Positions 50,815-64,000 of a stretch of 64,000 nucleotides of DNA are shown one piece after another (the stretch's first letter is position 1; each line of letters starts with the position of its first letter). The position numbers were made by a program, and so were the translations under genes. The DNA is from Octopus sinensis (taxonomy: Eukaryota): contig NC_043010.1 in the NCBI RefSeq assembly GCF_006345805.1, positions 30,132,001 through 30,196,000 on the forward strand. Direction: 5' to 3'. Below the pieces are notes generated by a model. That model did no database searches, was not told the origin of the DNA, and saw only the letters and a program-made list of their open reading frames with translations.

Positions 50815-50934
50815 CATGTGTCTATAATTTATATACATTAATGTGTCTGTATGTGTTTGTATACATATATACGTATATTTATATGTGTGTATATATGTAT
50901 GTATATACATATATATGTGAATATATATATGTAG

Positions 50935-50968
<34 letters not shown>

Positions 50969-51324
50969 CATACATACACACACATACAGACACACAGACA
51001 CACAAACACACAGACACAGACACACACACACACACACACACACACAACACACACACACACACAATATATATATATATATACACTCTTCATTTCTTGCTTT
51101 GATTTGCAAACGCCTGCGTATCGCACAAATCAACTGCATCAGGGCACTCATCGCCATAGGTTATGCTTGTCGGTAAAAATCACTGTGACGCGTTGCGCTC
51201 CATTATATGTAAAATGTAACCTAGCAATTTGATGAATGATTATCGATACAAAAGAATGTCAAATGGAATTATGTACAGAATCGATATAGTCGAATACACT
51301 GCCCAAGGCACTGCCCTTATCGTA

Positions 51325-51588
51325 CATACATACATACATACATGCATGCATGCATACATACATACATACATACATACATACATACATACATGCATGCATG
51401 CATGCATGCATACATACATACATATATACATGCATGCATACATACATACATACATACATACATACATACATACATACATACATGCATGCATGCATGCATA
51501 CATACATACATACATACATACATACATACATACATACATACATACATGCATACATACATACATACATACATACATACATACATACATA
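51325..51588. repeat. (TACA/TGCA)n tetranucleotide microsatellite
   Basis: Direct reading. Confidence 0.95.
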
Positions 51589-51986
51589 CGTGTGTGAGTG
51601 TTTGTGAGTGTGTATGTGTGTTTATATTATATATATATATATGAAGAACAAGAGAGGGAGAGAGATAGAAGAATGCGCATCGTAATTATTAAGATAAAAC
51701 TTACTTGGAAAAGGATGCGTGGTGTTCATTCATATAATAATACAAATGATATATAAATATATGGATATATACGTACATATACGTACATGCCTACATATAT
51801 ATGTATATATGCATGCATATATGGGTACAAAACATCTACAAACGTAGAACATTATGTATATATATCTGCATATATGGGTACAGGGCATCAAAAAACGTTG
51901 AGCGTTTCTCTGTTTTTTTGTTTTTGCTTTCGTTTCTCATTGTGTTCAACTGTTTTTTTTTTCGATGTCCTGTACCCATATATATG

Positions 51987-52044
<58 letters not shown>

Positions 52045-52045
52045 T

Positions 52046-52553
52046 TATGATAAAAATGGTAAGACAACAAAAGAATGAAAGAGACCTCGGTATTATGTAA
52101 ATAGAGGTATTTATCTGTAAATATAATATGTGACAGTTATTTGGTAGCCATGATAAAACTCCGAGTTTTGTATGTCGAGGTGGAAATCCACGCCGCCATC
52201 TCTTCAGTTATCCGGCCATCGGAAAAATGCTATGAAAAATGACCGTTATACAAAGAGAAATTACTGTGTGATTGACCGTTATTAATACAAAAGAGCTATT
52301 TGAATGACCGCTAAATGAAGGAAGGAGGTAAAAGTAAGGGTGTAAAGAGTTCATTTAGCAGTCATTCAAATAGCTCTTTTGTCTTAAAAACGGTCAATCA
52401 CACAGTAATTTCCCTTTGTATAACGGTAATTGTTCATAGCATTTTTCCGATGGCCGGATAACTGAAGAGATGGCTGCGAGGATTTCCACCTCGGTATCCG
52501 AAACTCGGAGTTTTATCATGGCTACCGAATAATTATCACATATTATATTTACA
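52046..52553. repeat. Head-to-head inverted pseudo-LTR pair of the 2366-4310 PLE family
   Basis: 52116-52320 mirrors 52350-52553; 52046-52212 is the reverse complement of a sequence homologous to 4147-4308. Confidence 0.85.
52457..52517 (+). ncRNA. Type I hammerhead ribozyme motif
   Basis: gataa CTGAAGA gat..cgagg/cctcg..atcc GAAAC tcgga GTT ttatc; the mirror copy at 52152-52212 has lost GAAA. Confidence 0.78.
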
Positions 52554-52836
52554 CACACACACACACATATATATATAATATCCAGATCGAGGTGTAGGAA
52601 GAAAGTTACCTTCGAGCAATCCGTAGTGAATATAAGAAACTACTTTCAGGAACTATAGTGGTTTACAGAGATGGAAGGTTGCAGATTTATTTTTGATTTT
52701 ATTGAAGAACGATGAGCTGAGAAAAGGTCTTTTTATATTTCTCGGTAGGCAACCAGGGTTGCTGAGTGTGCGAAAAAGAATACAAGAATTACGGAATGGA
52801 GTATGAGAAATGAGAGTTACATATATTTCATAACTA

Positions 52837-53107
52837 GAGGAACTTCAGAAATGGTAAAATCAAAGTGAGGTGTATACCGCCGTATGCTCTTCAGGCTAAG
52901 AGTATCTTGATTCAATCAGATTGAATCTTTGTGTCAACATCTACCTCCTTGCGACAAAGTAGCCTTTAGTCAAATCAAGATACCCTTGGCTAGAAGAGTA
53001 GCCGGCGGTATACACCTCACTTGGGTTTTACCACTTCTTAGGTTCCACTTTCTATGAAACATATCTGGCCCAGATTTCCCATTCTCCATTCCATAACTCT
53101 TGTATGC

Positions 53108-53140
<33 letters not shown>

Positions 53141-53295
53141 TGTATGTATGTATGTATGTATGTATGTATGTATGTATGTATGTATGTATGTATGTATGTT
53201 ATGTATGTATGTATGTTATGTATGTATGTATGTATATATGTATGTATGTATGTATGTATGTTATGTATGTATGTATGTTATGTATGTGTGTATGC

Positions 53296-53327
<32 letters not shown>

Positions 53328-53408
53328 GTATATATATATATATATATATATACATACATAACATACATACATAACATACATACATACATACATACATACA
53401 TACATACA

Positions 53409-53441
<33 letters not shown>

Positions 53442-53711
53442 GCATACAAGAGTTATGGAATGGAGAATGGGAAATCTGGGCCAGATATGTTTCATAGAAA
53501 GTGGAACCTAAAAAGTGGTAAAACCCAAGTGAGGTGTATACCGCCGGCTACTCTTCTAGCCAAGGGTATCTTGATTTGATTAAAGGCTACTTTGTCGCAA
53601 GGAGGTAGATGTTGACACAAAGATTCAATCTGATTGAATCAAGATACTCTTAGCCTGAAGAGCATACGGCGGTATACACCACACTTTGATTTTACCATTT
53701 CTGAAGTTCCT

Positions 53712-53712
<1 letters not shown>
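52837..53712. repeat. Near-perfect 876-bp palindrome; each arm is itself a long hairpin; (TATG)n/(CATA)n centre
   Basis: About 270-bp unique arms with only three mismatches noticed. Confidence 0.9.
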
Positions 53713-53771
<59 letters not shown>

Positions 53772-53982
53772 ACCATCTTGAGGACCGGCTGCCTTTAAGT
53801 TAATTTAAAAGAGAGAATAAAATGCTTTACACAGCAAATTCCGATATAATCGTAATTTACACCATCTGAGATGTATGTGTAGAAAATTTATTAACAAATT
53901 ATTCATGTTTCAGAAAGTTACTACACACACACACACACACACATAAATATAAACATAATATGTGTATGTATATTTACGCACA

Positions 53983-54090
53983 CCATCATCATTTAACGTC
54001 CGTTTTTCATGCTGGTATGGGTTGGACGATTTGACAGGGGCCAACAAGCCTAGGGCTACGTCTGGCACCCGTCTGGTTTGGCATGGTGTG
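53983..54090 (-). mobile_element. RTE-type LINE 3' tail remnant
   Basis: catcatcatttaacgtccgtttttcatgctggtatgggttggacg; recognised by resemblance only. Confidence 0.45.
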
Positions 54091-54610
54091 GTGCAATACA
54101 CATTTTTATAATACTATAGACTTTGGTGCAATTGACTGAGAACCTGGGGCCCACCAAAATTGTTCTCAATTGGGCCCCGCACCTCGTAACCTACACACTT
54201 CAAACAGTATGCATTCCTCACTTTTTTCCGACTCCTGTCATTATTTTAAGTTGCCACCTCACTTAGTGTTTATTGACTAAAGTTCTCTAATATGTCTTAA
54301 GTTATTTTGTGACATGACAATATCAACTGGAGTATAATTCTCTGGAAAGCTCTACTAAAACCGAAACATATTTCATCGTACTTGCTAAATATATATTCGC
54401 TCTCAGTCGCATGACTATTCTACTTTTAATTAATTTCAATCAAATCAAATTGTTGGTTTGTTCCCTCCCGTACTTAGCTAAAATTATTTATTAAATGGGT
54501 GATTTTTAACCTTATTGTATGTAAAATTATAATTATTTTTTAATTAGTTTACAATATTACCTATGTCATCACTACATTAACTAATACCCATTCTGCTTTA
54601 ATTCTTTCAG

Positions 54611-54694
54611 ATATCAGGCTTAATGGTACATATCGAGTGTATTTTGTTGAGTCTGCGTGGTCTCTCTATGGCATCAATGGCATCAATGGCTCAG
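54611..54694 (+). CDS. Candidate host-gene exon (phase 1-1)
   Basis: ttctttcag acceptor, cag/gtaagt donor, 84 nt open: IRLNGTYRVYFVESAWSLYGINGINGS. Confidence 0.55.
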
Positions 54695-55094
54695 GTAAGT
54701 TTTTCAAATAGTTGTCCATTTATTTCAGTCTGTTGTTTAAAGTATATGACTGATTATTTAGGACAGATTTAGCCCTAAGTTTAATGCCAAACAACAAAAA
54801 TATCCCAAAACACTACATGACAGAATATCTCGTGGTTATAGATTTTCACACTAAAACATAGTTTACCCATGTTTCTGATTTACTGAAGCATCCAACTGGT
54901 CATTCAACATAGATAGAAGCAGCTCTAAACTAGTTGAACCGATTCCCAATCGAAAGTTGTAAAGCTGCTGGATGTTATTTTTTAAAAGTTTAGTCTTTTG
55001 GGGACAGACCAAAAGCCTTGTCAGTGAAATTTGAAAAGTTGAAGTTATATAGAAACATCTTGGAGTAACTCTTACTGTGTTTGAATGGTAAACT

Positions 55095-55163
<69 letters not shown>

Positions 55164-55281
55164 ATATATATTATATATATATATATTCCTTCTTCCCTTC
55201 TTTCCTGAGCGTCCAATAATACTTTATTTGTTCCACATCCTTGCGTTGTTGTCTTTTTGTTTTCTTGTTTGGATTAACTTA

Positions 55282-55329
<48 letters not shown>

Positions 55330-55384
55330 ATAGATAGATAGATAAGAAAGTTGGTTTGTGAAAGCACGTAGGTGAATATATAGA

Positions 55385-55794
55385 AAATAGTAAAGAGTGA
55401 AAAAACTACAGAAGGCTTATATCAACATTCTTCATTGAAAAGTACAAGCCCAGACTCAACCATCCGAACATACTGATACAGAGAAATTCACACCAAGGGA
55501 AAGGAAAAATTTTTAAGCGATTATCTCCCTTACACCGGAAGAAATCACTCACTACCTCCCCTTATTTAGAACTCTCCTGAACATAAACATAACGATAACT
55601 CTATTCAACATAAGCATAACGTCGCAAGAAATTTGAAAAGCTACACGCGAAACCGGTCTTTCTTTTAAATTATGTCATTATAAGAGAAAAAAGATTTTTT
55701 AAAAAATTTTCTAATATTCTTCAGACATATTGACGCAAATATATATATTTTTTAACATTTAAGCCTTCTGTAGTTTTTTCACTCTTTACTAGTT

Positions 55795-55800
<6 letters not shown>
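55385..55800 (+). mobile_element. PLE 3' end fragment with terminal inversion and decayed HHR-like motif (55626-55664)
   Basis: FFIEKYKPRLNH; 55388-55420 mirrors 55758-55795. Confidence 0.6.
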
Positions 55801-55861
<61 letters not shown>

Positions 55862-55864
55862 ATA

Positions 55865-55919
<55 letters not shown>

Positions 55920-56559
55920 TGTAAATGAAGTTGGAAAAGACAAAAAAGTATATTTTATAGTATGTATAATACTTTTGTTACAGTGAGTAATTTAAAATAT
56001 AACCGCTTTCGATGTATCCATCAAATATTGAAAAGATTTTTATAGGAGGTCAAAACGAAAGAAAATTGGGTGTTAATAGTTTGTACCCATGTTTTTAATG
56101 CATACTAAAATTTGACTTTTGAGTCACTCCTTATATATGTTTTGTCTATGTAGGTTTGGGGTGCGGTTCCAGAGTTAAATTTTCAGGAATTCTATTGCAA
56201 AGAAGTCTTTTGAATTGAATTGGTAGTTTCTATTTATGGTACAGCCACCTGTATATGCGTGTGTGTGTTTGGAATTTATTGTCAAAACAACTTACTTTTT
56301 TTTATTTGCTTTGTTGTATGTATGTGTGCGTGTTTGTTTGTGAATGTGTGTGTGCGTCTACGTGTGTTGTTTTTGTTTTTTGGAAATATGTTCTGTAATT
56401 TGTGGTGTGTACATTATTGTGGTATGTGTGTTTTATTGAGGTGCATGTTTGGTTTTATCGGAATGCCTTTTGTGTGTGTGTGTGCGCGTGTTATTGTGGT
56501 TTGTGTGACAGGTCCTTATTTATTGATTAATGGTGAGTGTCTCAATAGTTAGTTGTGGT

Positions 56560-57680
56560 TTATATTTGTTGATGAATTGTTTTTCCTTGTTTATTCTCCG
56601 TTGTTGGGTGAAAGAGTCCGAGCACTTGTAGAGGGGGAAGATTTTGAATGTGACTACTTAGGGGAATCTTCCTTGTGCTCTCGTCTCGGATCTGTTGATG
56701 GTGTATCGTCATTATTTTGCGTAATGAAACGTTGGGTTGGAAATTTGTTTATGTGCTTTTGTTCCAGTCAGGATTTATTTGAGTGTTTTGGGCTGCCTTT
56801 TGCTTTTGATGATTTGATTTATTTCAAGAATATTTTTCATATTTTCATCTTCAAGTAGAATGGGAAGGTTTTCCTGGATGAGGTCAAATATTTCAGTGTT
56901 TCTGGGATTGTAAGTTGAGACATATGGTAAAATATTTTCCTTTGTTTTGATTTTCGTTTTCTTTAGTTCCTCGATATTAATGTTTTACCCTATTTATTCC
57001 ATTGGTGATTAAGCCTAGTGGGAATGCTCAACGGATGAGTGTTTTCCAGTTCTTCCAGTTTTTGTCCACGCTTAGATGGGTCTGACACTATTGTACAAAT
57101 TCACTTTGCTAGGTTAAATGTAATATTCACTTTGGTGCGTTTTGGGTGGCATGATGTGAATAGAAGGTACTATTTGGAATCCGTGGATTTATAGAATATG
57201 TCTGTTTCTATCTTCCCATCCTTGATGGTGATTAAAATATCCAAGAAGGCAAGTTACTTGGTGTTAAACTCCATTGGATATTGTTGCTTAGATTGTTCAG
57301 TATATATTTCAATCTTGTGGTTGTATCCAGGTTTTCCAATTACTTTTGAGTTGTGTATGAAATATGTCTCCGAAGAGAAGAGATTAGTTGTAAATCTTTA
57401 GTTCATGTAATTCTATGACTATATTGGCATATGTAGGGGCTACCTTCGTTCCCATTGCAGTTCCTGAAATTTGTCGGTATGCCGAACCATTGACGGTAAA
57501 ATAGTTGTTTGGGAGGATGAATTTTAGCCCGTCAGTAATGAAGGCTTTTTCAAAGCGCGTCGGCAGTTCAGATTGGCGTGTGTTTTGCTAGTATTTGATT
57601 GCAGTTATTCCAAAGTCATGGGGTATATTAGTGTATAGGCTGATAACATCGAAACCAGCAAAAGTTGTGTGTTTATTTGC
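56560..57680 (-). pseudogene. Penelope/Poseidon-type PLE RT fragment, paralogue of 33090-34560
   Basis: GFDVISLYTNIPH, YRQISGTAMGTKVAPTYANI, YKSTDSK..HPKRTKVNI. Confidence 0.85.
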
Positions 57681-57949
57681 CGATGAAACCCCAAAACACA
57701 CACACACACACCTATACACACCAACCAGACTATACAAAAATATTTCAAAAAAATAAAAGCAACACACATACATAGACACAAACACATACGCACACACTCA
57801 CACAGACAAAATAACACACACACTCAACAAGCAAATGAAATAAATATAATTCCTAAATGTTTTCAATGTTTCAATGATCATCCTTAACCACTGACCATAT
57901 TCTCTTAATAGAGATACGGGAAGGAAAGAAAACTGTTTTTATATTCCAT

Positions 57950-58029
<80 letters not shown>

Positions 58030-58060
58030 TATATAAATATACGTATATATATATTGACAG

Positions 58061-58204
58061 AGGTTGAAATCGGATCACAGACATGTACCCCTGAAGGAGT
58101 GAACTTCATATGTAATCCAAGCGTCGTAGGAAACAATGTGATAATTAAACCTTACCCATCTTCCATAAATGACCCTAGTGTGTATGGAATACAATCTTCA
58201 CTAG
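58061..58204 (+). CDS. Candidate host-gene exon (phase 1-1)
   Basis: ttgacag acceptor, tag/gtaagt donor, 144 nt open: VEIGSQTCTPEGVNFICNPSVVGNNVIIKPYPSSINDPSVYGIQSSL. Confidence 0.55.
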
Positions 58205-59224
58205 GTAAGTTATCAACTGTCTTTTTCTTATGCAACTCACACTTATTCAATAGCTTAATCTCTTCTCATTTTATAGAACACAAAACAAAATACAAAGAAA
58301 AAACCCACTGTGGGACATGATAGATGTTCAGAAATATTTCGCTATCTCTTAAATCCGCTTTTTGCATTGCTAATAAGCCACATATTTATACAAGTAAGTT
58401 GGAAGTTATCCGGCCGAATAAGCCCATAATATGTTCTGTAGATATACTATCAATTCCAGTATGAAAGATAAAGTATTTCCCACCTGCTGGATTTGAAGTT
58501 CGAATTTTCGGGTAGGAAACAAAATTGCAGTTGTTAACATATTTAAAGCGAAAAGTAAACTAATTACAAATAATTATAGGGTGAGGAATAGATATTGGCT
58601 GTATGGCTATGACACTGTGTAATAAAGTCTTAACTTTTTTTGTTTTTGGTTAGTAAGTATTATCTCCTACTTTCTTCTATCTAGAAATCAATGGAAATAA
58701 CTGCGATTCCCTTCAACCTTTACTTTGATGACCTGTTTTGAAACTAACTTATTTTCCATTACATTTCACACCGCTTCAGCATTGGGTTGCTGAAGCAGAA
58801 ATATCGTTAGGTTTGTCAGTTATTAGACCATAACTATTTGAACATGTCCCTTAGTGGCTGACAATATGTACATCTCTGATCATGAGGAGGAGTAGTGGGA
58901 AAGCATCATAGCCATGTGTTGAGATGGGATTTGAATAAATATCGCAACAAAAGCAAAGTTTGAAGGAAATATTAGCCATTTTTCATGCTTTCTAGGAGTA
59001 AGCAAATAAGAAAGAACAGTTGCTACTCAAGGACAAAAATCGTGTTACACAGTGTAATTATAGGGTGAAAGAAAGAGGGACAGACATTATCCGTATGGCT
59101 TTGTTTTAAGCACTTTGGCAGAGCCAACGCAATGCATGCATTATCACCTTTATGTAATGACACCATCACCACAAGATCTCAACTTACATCAACATATTTT
59201 TTACATTTACGTTTTTCAACTGAC

Positions 59225-59360
59225 AATAAGGCGGCGATCTAAAAATCGTTAGCACACTTTTGGTCCCTCTTTACATTCTGAGTTCAAATTCCGCTGAAGT
59301 CGACTTTGACTTTCATCCCTTTTGTATCGATAAAATAAGTACCAGTTGAGCACTGGTGTA
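59225..59360 (+). mobile_element. tRNA-SINE fragment (third family)
   Basis: ttctgagttcaaattccgctgaagtcgactttgactttcatcc..gataaaataagtaccag; matches 61185-61390. Confidence 0.7.
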
Positions 59361-61184
59361 TTTGTAATCGACTTAGCCTTTCCTCTGAAATTGCTAACCT
59401 TTTACCAAAATTTGAAACCAATAATTACTGACAATCTAGAAGACGCAACTTGCGTTTAAATATGACCACCCCTTCCACACTAAATATATTTACTCCAAAA
59501 TAACACGTTTTCCCGCAGTTTCGTATACTACGGCCTACTATTTTGAGATATGGAACAAGAGAAACTGATTATTGGAGTGGAAGGAGACGGCAGCTTGATG
59601 TAAAACTAGTCAGGTAACATCCCTAGGACATGAAACTTAAGTTGTCAGGCTTATAATTATCTATTATCAAAGGCTGCTCTTTTCGCTCACATGTGTTTCT
59701 GCACATGCCACAGAAAATTTTACATATTTTTGGCGAGGGAATATATAAAAAAGATACTGAATGCATGAAAATATGGTATGTTTCCTTTGGGATCCTTTTG
59801 GAAACCAATCAAATCTTGATGTTTTCTGTTAAGCAACCCTGAACGTTTTGCTTATATATTGTCATACTGCCATCCTTCAGTTGTTTTATCGGGCTTTAAA
59901 ATCCGAGAGAAGTGCCAGAACATTCTGAGCTAGAGACACACGATCTAATCATAAGTTTATGTTTAATGAGATGGTAGAAGTAATTAGTGAAGAAACAGAG
60001 ACAATTTAGAATAGAAAGGACTTTATAGCTATATCGAGGACATAATGGCCTCTCCAGTACCTGCGCCGTGATAGAATTTATCTTTTAATTTCCTGTTATT
60101 AAATCCTATGATTGTTATTAGTACGAAAAATGAGCTGATATGCAAAGGAGTCCAGACAGTGTCTGCTGTTCGTCGCTTGCTTTACAGATAGAGGTAAGAT
60201 AAATTTCTCTCTTCCCCTTTCTGGTGTGGACGAAATAAACTCCCCTGATGACTTCCTAAATGACAGCAGAAACTAATCAAACTGTTCTTCCGCGACAGTT
60301 CTATGATATGACATGTAATTGAGAATTTTTACAAACGTCGTCCTGAACATCATTCCATAACTTCATTTATCCAAAATTCTCTCTATATACCTATTTGAGT
60401 TATTTTCCGTAACTAATTATTTTTAAATTGTGTTTTTGTACAACCTCTTTTTGCAAACCCTATTTTTGGAAAGCCTGTTTTTGCAAAGCCTTGTTTTTGT
60501 AAAACCTGTTTTGATTGTGTTTTTGCACAGCCTATGTTTTTGCAAAGCCTGCTTTTGCAAAGCCTGTATTTGCAAAACCTGTTTTGGGAAAGCCAAACTG
60601 AATTTACGAAAATTAAAAATATTTTAGTTATTTTATTGAAATTTATTTTCCCTAAAAATGTGTTAGTTATTTTTTATGTGATAAATAATGAACTAGCAGC
60701 TCTGAGTTGAAATTCCGCAACGGAAATTGCTGAAACTGACGTCAGTCTTAAGAATTATCGGTTGGCATTTTTCAGACAATTATGGTTTCTGTTAGTGCAT
60801 GTTTTCATTCATGTGCGTTAACTACAGCATTAGAGTAATTTAGCTTTTATTTCTAGCAATGTAGGTGTTTTTTAACCAAGCAGTCATTCGACCTCGTAGA
60901 AATGGTAGCCGAATCACTGTCATATCACATTCCTTCTTCTTCCTGCCTTTAACCCTCCAACGCGGACTATAGGCCACTTATAATTGAACTCGCATAATTC
61001 AGAATTGACTATGAGTAAACAAAAAGACAGGATGGTCCATACTGGATTGGATATACAGTCAGTATTAATATGGTGTCAAACAACTTCGGATATTTACAGA
61101 ATGTACGATGTGTAGCTGGATTAGAATAAGATCTGGTATACGGAAAATATTATTGATTTGACTGACGTCTTACGCATACAATTA

Positions 61185-61390
61185 GCTGCGGTGAGCAGGC
61201 AGAAACGTTAACACATCGGGCGAAACGCTCAGCGGTCTTTACGTTCTGAGTTCAAATTCCGACGAGGCCGACTTTGCCTTTCATCCTTTTGGGGTCGATA
61301 AATTAAGTACCGGTTGGGGTCGATCTAATCGACTGGCACCCCCTCCCTCAAAATTTCGGGCCTTGTGTCTAAAGTAGAAAAGAATATTTA
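61185..61390 (+). mobile_element. tRNA-SINE (third family)
   Basis: ggcagaaacgttaacacatcgggcgaaacg..gagttcaaattcc..gcctttcatccttttggggtcgataaattaagtacc; the head also occurs at about 43370-43435. Confidence 0.75.
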
Positions 61391-61918
61391 ATCTCCAGCA
61401 ATAGAAACATAAATATCTCTCATAACACACACTAACGTTTTAAATATGGAACGATGTTATTCAGAGTACGTTTGAAAAATTAAAAAAAAGATTATATTTT
61501 ATCTTCGTTTTAAAAGTACTTACATTATAATGTCTAAGGATAAAATGGGATGGTTACAACTGGAACACCTTTATTCAAGAGTCGACCGTATCTGATCGAG
61601 AGGGAAGCAGGTAGATTTCACGAATGTCTCCGAGACCTACAGTAATTTGCTTTACTGAATTGTGCGTCGTACTTCTGCTGTAAGCTATCCCGAAGAGAGT
61701 TTTGAGGGTAGTCAGCTTTTAGACGGACCGATTAATCTTTCGCTTCTACACTACCAGCTTGTGGTAATTTGTAAGTCAGAGGCATTGCAGGGTTCCACCA
61801 GTTTTCTTTGGCCATCTTGTTCCCCTAAGTAAGTAATGAAAAAAAAAAAAAAACTAGAACACCGAATTAGAACACAAGCGGCTGACTTCTGTTGTCGTTC
61901 TTTTTAATTTAAAAAAAG

Positions 61919-62103
61919 ATCTGGTTGTCAAATACAATGAGTTCAGCTACAACCATTCAAAACCAAGAAAAGTTCCTTTGACCATAACAGATGTCGGAGG
62001 GACAGCACAGACTATATATATCAACAGTAGCAAACAATACTGTTTTCGTATGGACCAAAGTGTTTCCTTGACTACAGGGATATCAGGGTGCCCTGATGAA
62101 AAG
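61919..62103 (+). CDS. Candidate host-gene exon (phase 1-0)
   Basis: Branch-like gctgac + pyrimidine tract + aag acceptor; aag/gtgagt donor; 61 open codons LVVKYNEFSY..KQYCFRMDQSVSLTTGISGCPDEK. Confidence 0.5.
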
Positions 62104-62409
62104 GTGAGTATCCTTTTAATATTAAATTAAACGATGTAATCAGAGAAAAAAAGGGCAGCGGCAATGACATTTCGCAAGACCTTCAAGACTTGTATAAGGA
62201 GCCAAACATTAGCTTAAATACTAAAGCATCCAATGAGCAGATCACGGCGTTAAACAGAATGGAAAATTGAGTCTATCCCCAGATAAAGGAACGGTCATCT
62301 GGCAGGCTCCTTTGGTAGCATTTCTTGTTTAGCCCCAGGTCACTCCTGTTTGAAAAGACCTATAACCAATGACGTTCTAGCCGTAACTATATCGCCATTT
62401 TCAAACATT

Positions 62410-62860
62410 ACGATGGTCGATTGAAAAGTTCATAATCTGACCAACTTACTCTCATGAAATGTGAGCAAATGAGGTATATTTTCAACATCGCACCCCTTGT
62501 GGTTCACACACTACTTCCATCAGTGTTGCACTACTTGGATCCCATTGAGGAAGAAGACATCATCCTGTTGCTCAAAAAAGTCATCAACAGCAGATATGAC
62601 GTCCTCATTATTGCGATACTGATCCCCAGTGTTTTTTCATGTTGGAGAACATATGATAGTCAGATGAGGCCAAGTCAAGAAACCTGGGAGGCTGTTCAAC
62701 CAGTTCAAAACCACAGTCATTCACAGCAGCCATTGAAGCTTGTGTGCTGGAGCAGTGTCTTCATGAAACAAGACTACTTTCGTCAGTTTTCCTGGGTGTT
62801 TGGTCTTGATAGCCTTTTCTAACAGCCCCAGCAAGTTGGTATAGTACTCTTCATTGAAAC
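62410..62860 (-). mobile_element. mariner transposase C-terminal remnant with one TIR
   Basis: Minus-strand LFHEDTAPAH..FELVEQPPRFLDLASSDYHMF; TIR-like tacgatggtcgattgaaaagttc at about 62410. Confidence 0.75.
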
Positions 62861-63024
62861 ACAGTTACAAATAATCTTAACGATACATAACCTTACATGA
62901 CATGTATACAATTATTAAGACGAAAATGTACATATACAAATGTATATATATATAAAATATAAATTAAATACAAGGTTGTTAGGGGAAAAGAGATATAGAC
63001 ATATAAACCGGTGTCTTCTCACAC

Positions 63025-63275
63025 GTGGAGGCACGTGGCTTAGAGGTTAGGGTGTCAGCATTATGATTGTAAGATTTTTTTTTTCGATTCCTGGACTGAG
63101 TGATGCGTTCTGTTCTTGAGCAAAACACTTCATTTCACGTTGCTCCAGTCCACTCAGCTGGCAAAAATGAGTAACGCTGCGATGGACTGGCGTCCCGTCC
63201 AGCTGGAGAACACATACGCCATGGAAACCGGGAAACCGGGCCCATGAGCCTGGCTAGGCTTTAAAAGTGCGCATT
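63025..63275 (+). mobile_element. tRNA-SINE (fourth family)
   Basis: gtggaggcacgtggcttagaggttagggtg..ttcgattcctggac..gcgatggactggcgtcccgtccag. Confidence 0.7.
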
Positions 63276-63332
63276 TTATTATTTTTTTTATCTTCTCACA
63301 CACAATTTAAACAAAAATATCACACACACACA

Positions 63333-63383
<51 letters not shown>

Positions 63384-63624
63384 GCGCTCGCAGATTAGTA
63401 TTTAAAGTCGCATACATATGTATACATCGAAAGAGAAAAAACAGCAAACAAAAAGGATAATAAATAAATAAATCTAAAAAAGAACAGAAAAACTTATTCA
63501 TGGATTATTGTTATAATTTGAAATCCTAACAGTAAATATCTATAAGGCAAATCCTAACAGAAAATATCTATACGGCAAAGCAAATTACAATAGCATTTTA
63601 CTAAGTGAATATGTAATTTATGAA

Positions 63625-64000
63625 ACCGTGTTCTTGAGAAGTTATGTGTACTGGCCAACAATTGACCGTGACATTGAAGAACTAGTGAAAGCATGCAGAG
63701 GTTGTACCCTAGCTACAAAAGCAACCATCACTAAACGGCAACCGTGGCCAAAAACAGATACTCCGTGTTGATTATGCAGGTCCACTTAAGGGTTCATATA
63801 ACCTTGTTGTGGTGAACGGATTTTCAAAGTGTTCTGAAGTACATAAGTGTAAAAAGCCGACATCTGCGATTACAGTAAATTTTTTACACGAATTGTTCGT
63901 CTGATAATGAAACTCAATTTATTTCATAAAAGTTCAGAAAACTTTGTAAAATGTTAGTTATCGAACATGTGACCACTCCGCCGAATCATCCTAGGTCAAG
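63625..64000 (+). pseudogene. Ty3/Gypsy integrase fragment
   Basis: RSYVYWPTIDRDIEELVKACRGC, DYAGPLKG, SDNETQF, PPNHPRS; frameshifted. Confidence 0.85.

Noticed and set aside
52985-53070. ctagaaga...gaaacatatc as a hammerhead in the large palindrome
   Set aside because: The core has an insertion and stem III cannot form the required pairs; not a canonical HHR
59519-60193. Further candidate exons (59519-59615, about 60120-60193)
   Set aside because: Splice-like sites are present, but phases do not chain with neighbouring exons without assuming indels
60240-60285. ctgatga...gaaac motif
   Set aside because: No stem II or III pairing and no NUH site; the ctgatga hits at 16717, 23686, 40096 and 62093 also lack partner elements
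60440-60600. ttttgcaaagcctg short tandem repeat and its ORF
   Set aside because: Degenerate minisatellite with no evidence of coding function

Overview
Eukaryotic, repeat-saturated genomic DNA, most likely from a coleoid cephalopod (Octopus-type tRNA-SINEs and AT/TAA/TACA microsatellites; inferred from recognition of repeat families, no search was run). Most of the six-frame ORFs are translations of simple repeats. The genuine coding content is almost all mobile: (i) Penelope-like elements (PLEs) of two types, including a near-complete 891-codon Naiad-like RT+GIY-YIG element (38894-41566, one premature stop) and a 5'-truncated one (2406-3851); (ii) a full-length but inactivated Tx1/L1-clade LINE (22310-27960) plus two decayed relatives; (iii) four R4/Dong-type RLE retroelement remnants in TAA repeats; (iv) CR1-group LINE, Helitron, Tc1/mariner and Ty3/Gypsy fragments. 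A few plus-strand segments with good splice sites suggest a host gene whose introns hold these elements. The main pattern not shown by the ORF track is a dense set of minimal type I hammerhead ribozyme (HHR) motifs: about 11 with an intact core and about 5 decayed, in roughly 6 sequence families. They lie in pseudo-LTR-like units arranged as tandem arrays, head-to-head palindromes, and one tRNA-headed SINE-like chimera. All RNA folds were assigned by eye, and no activity has been shown.
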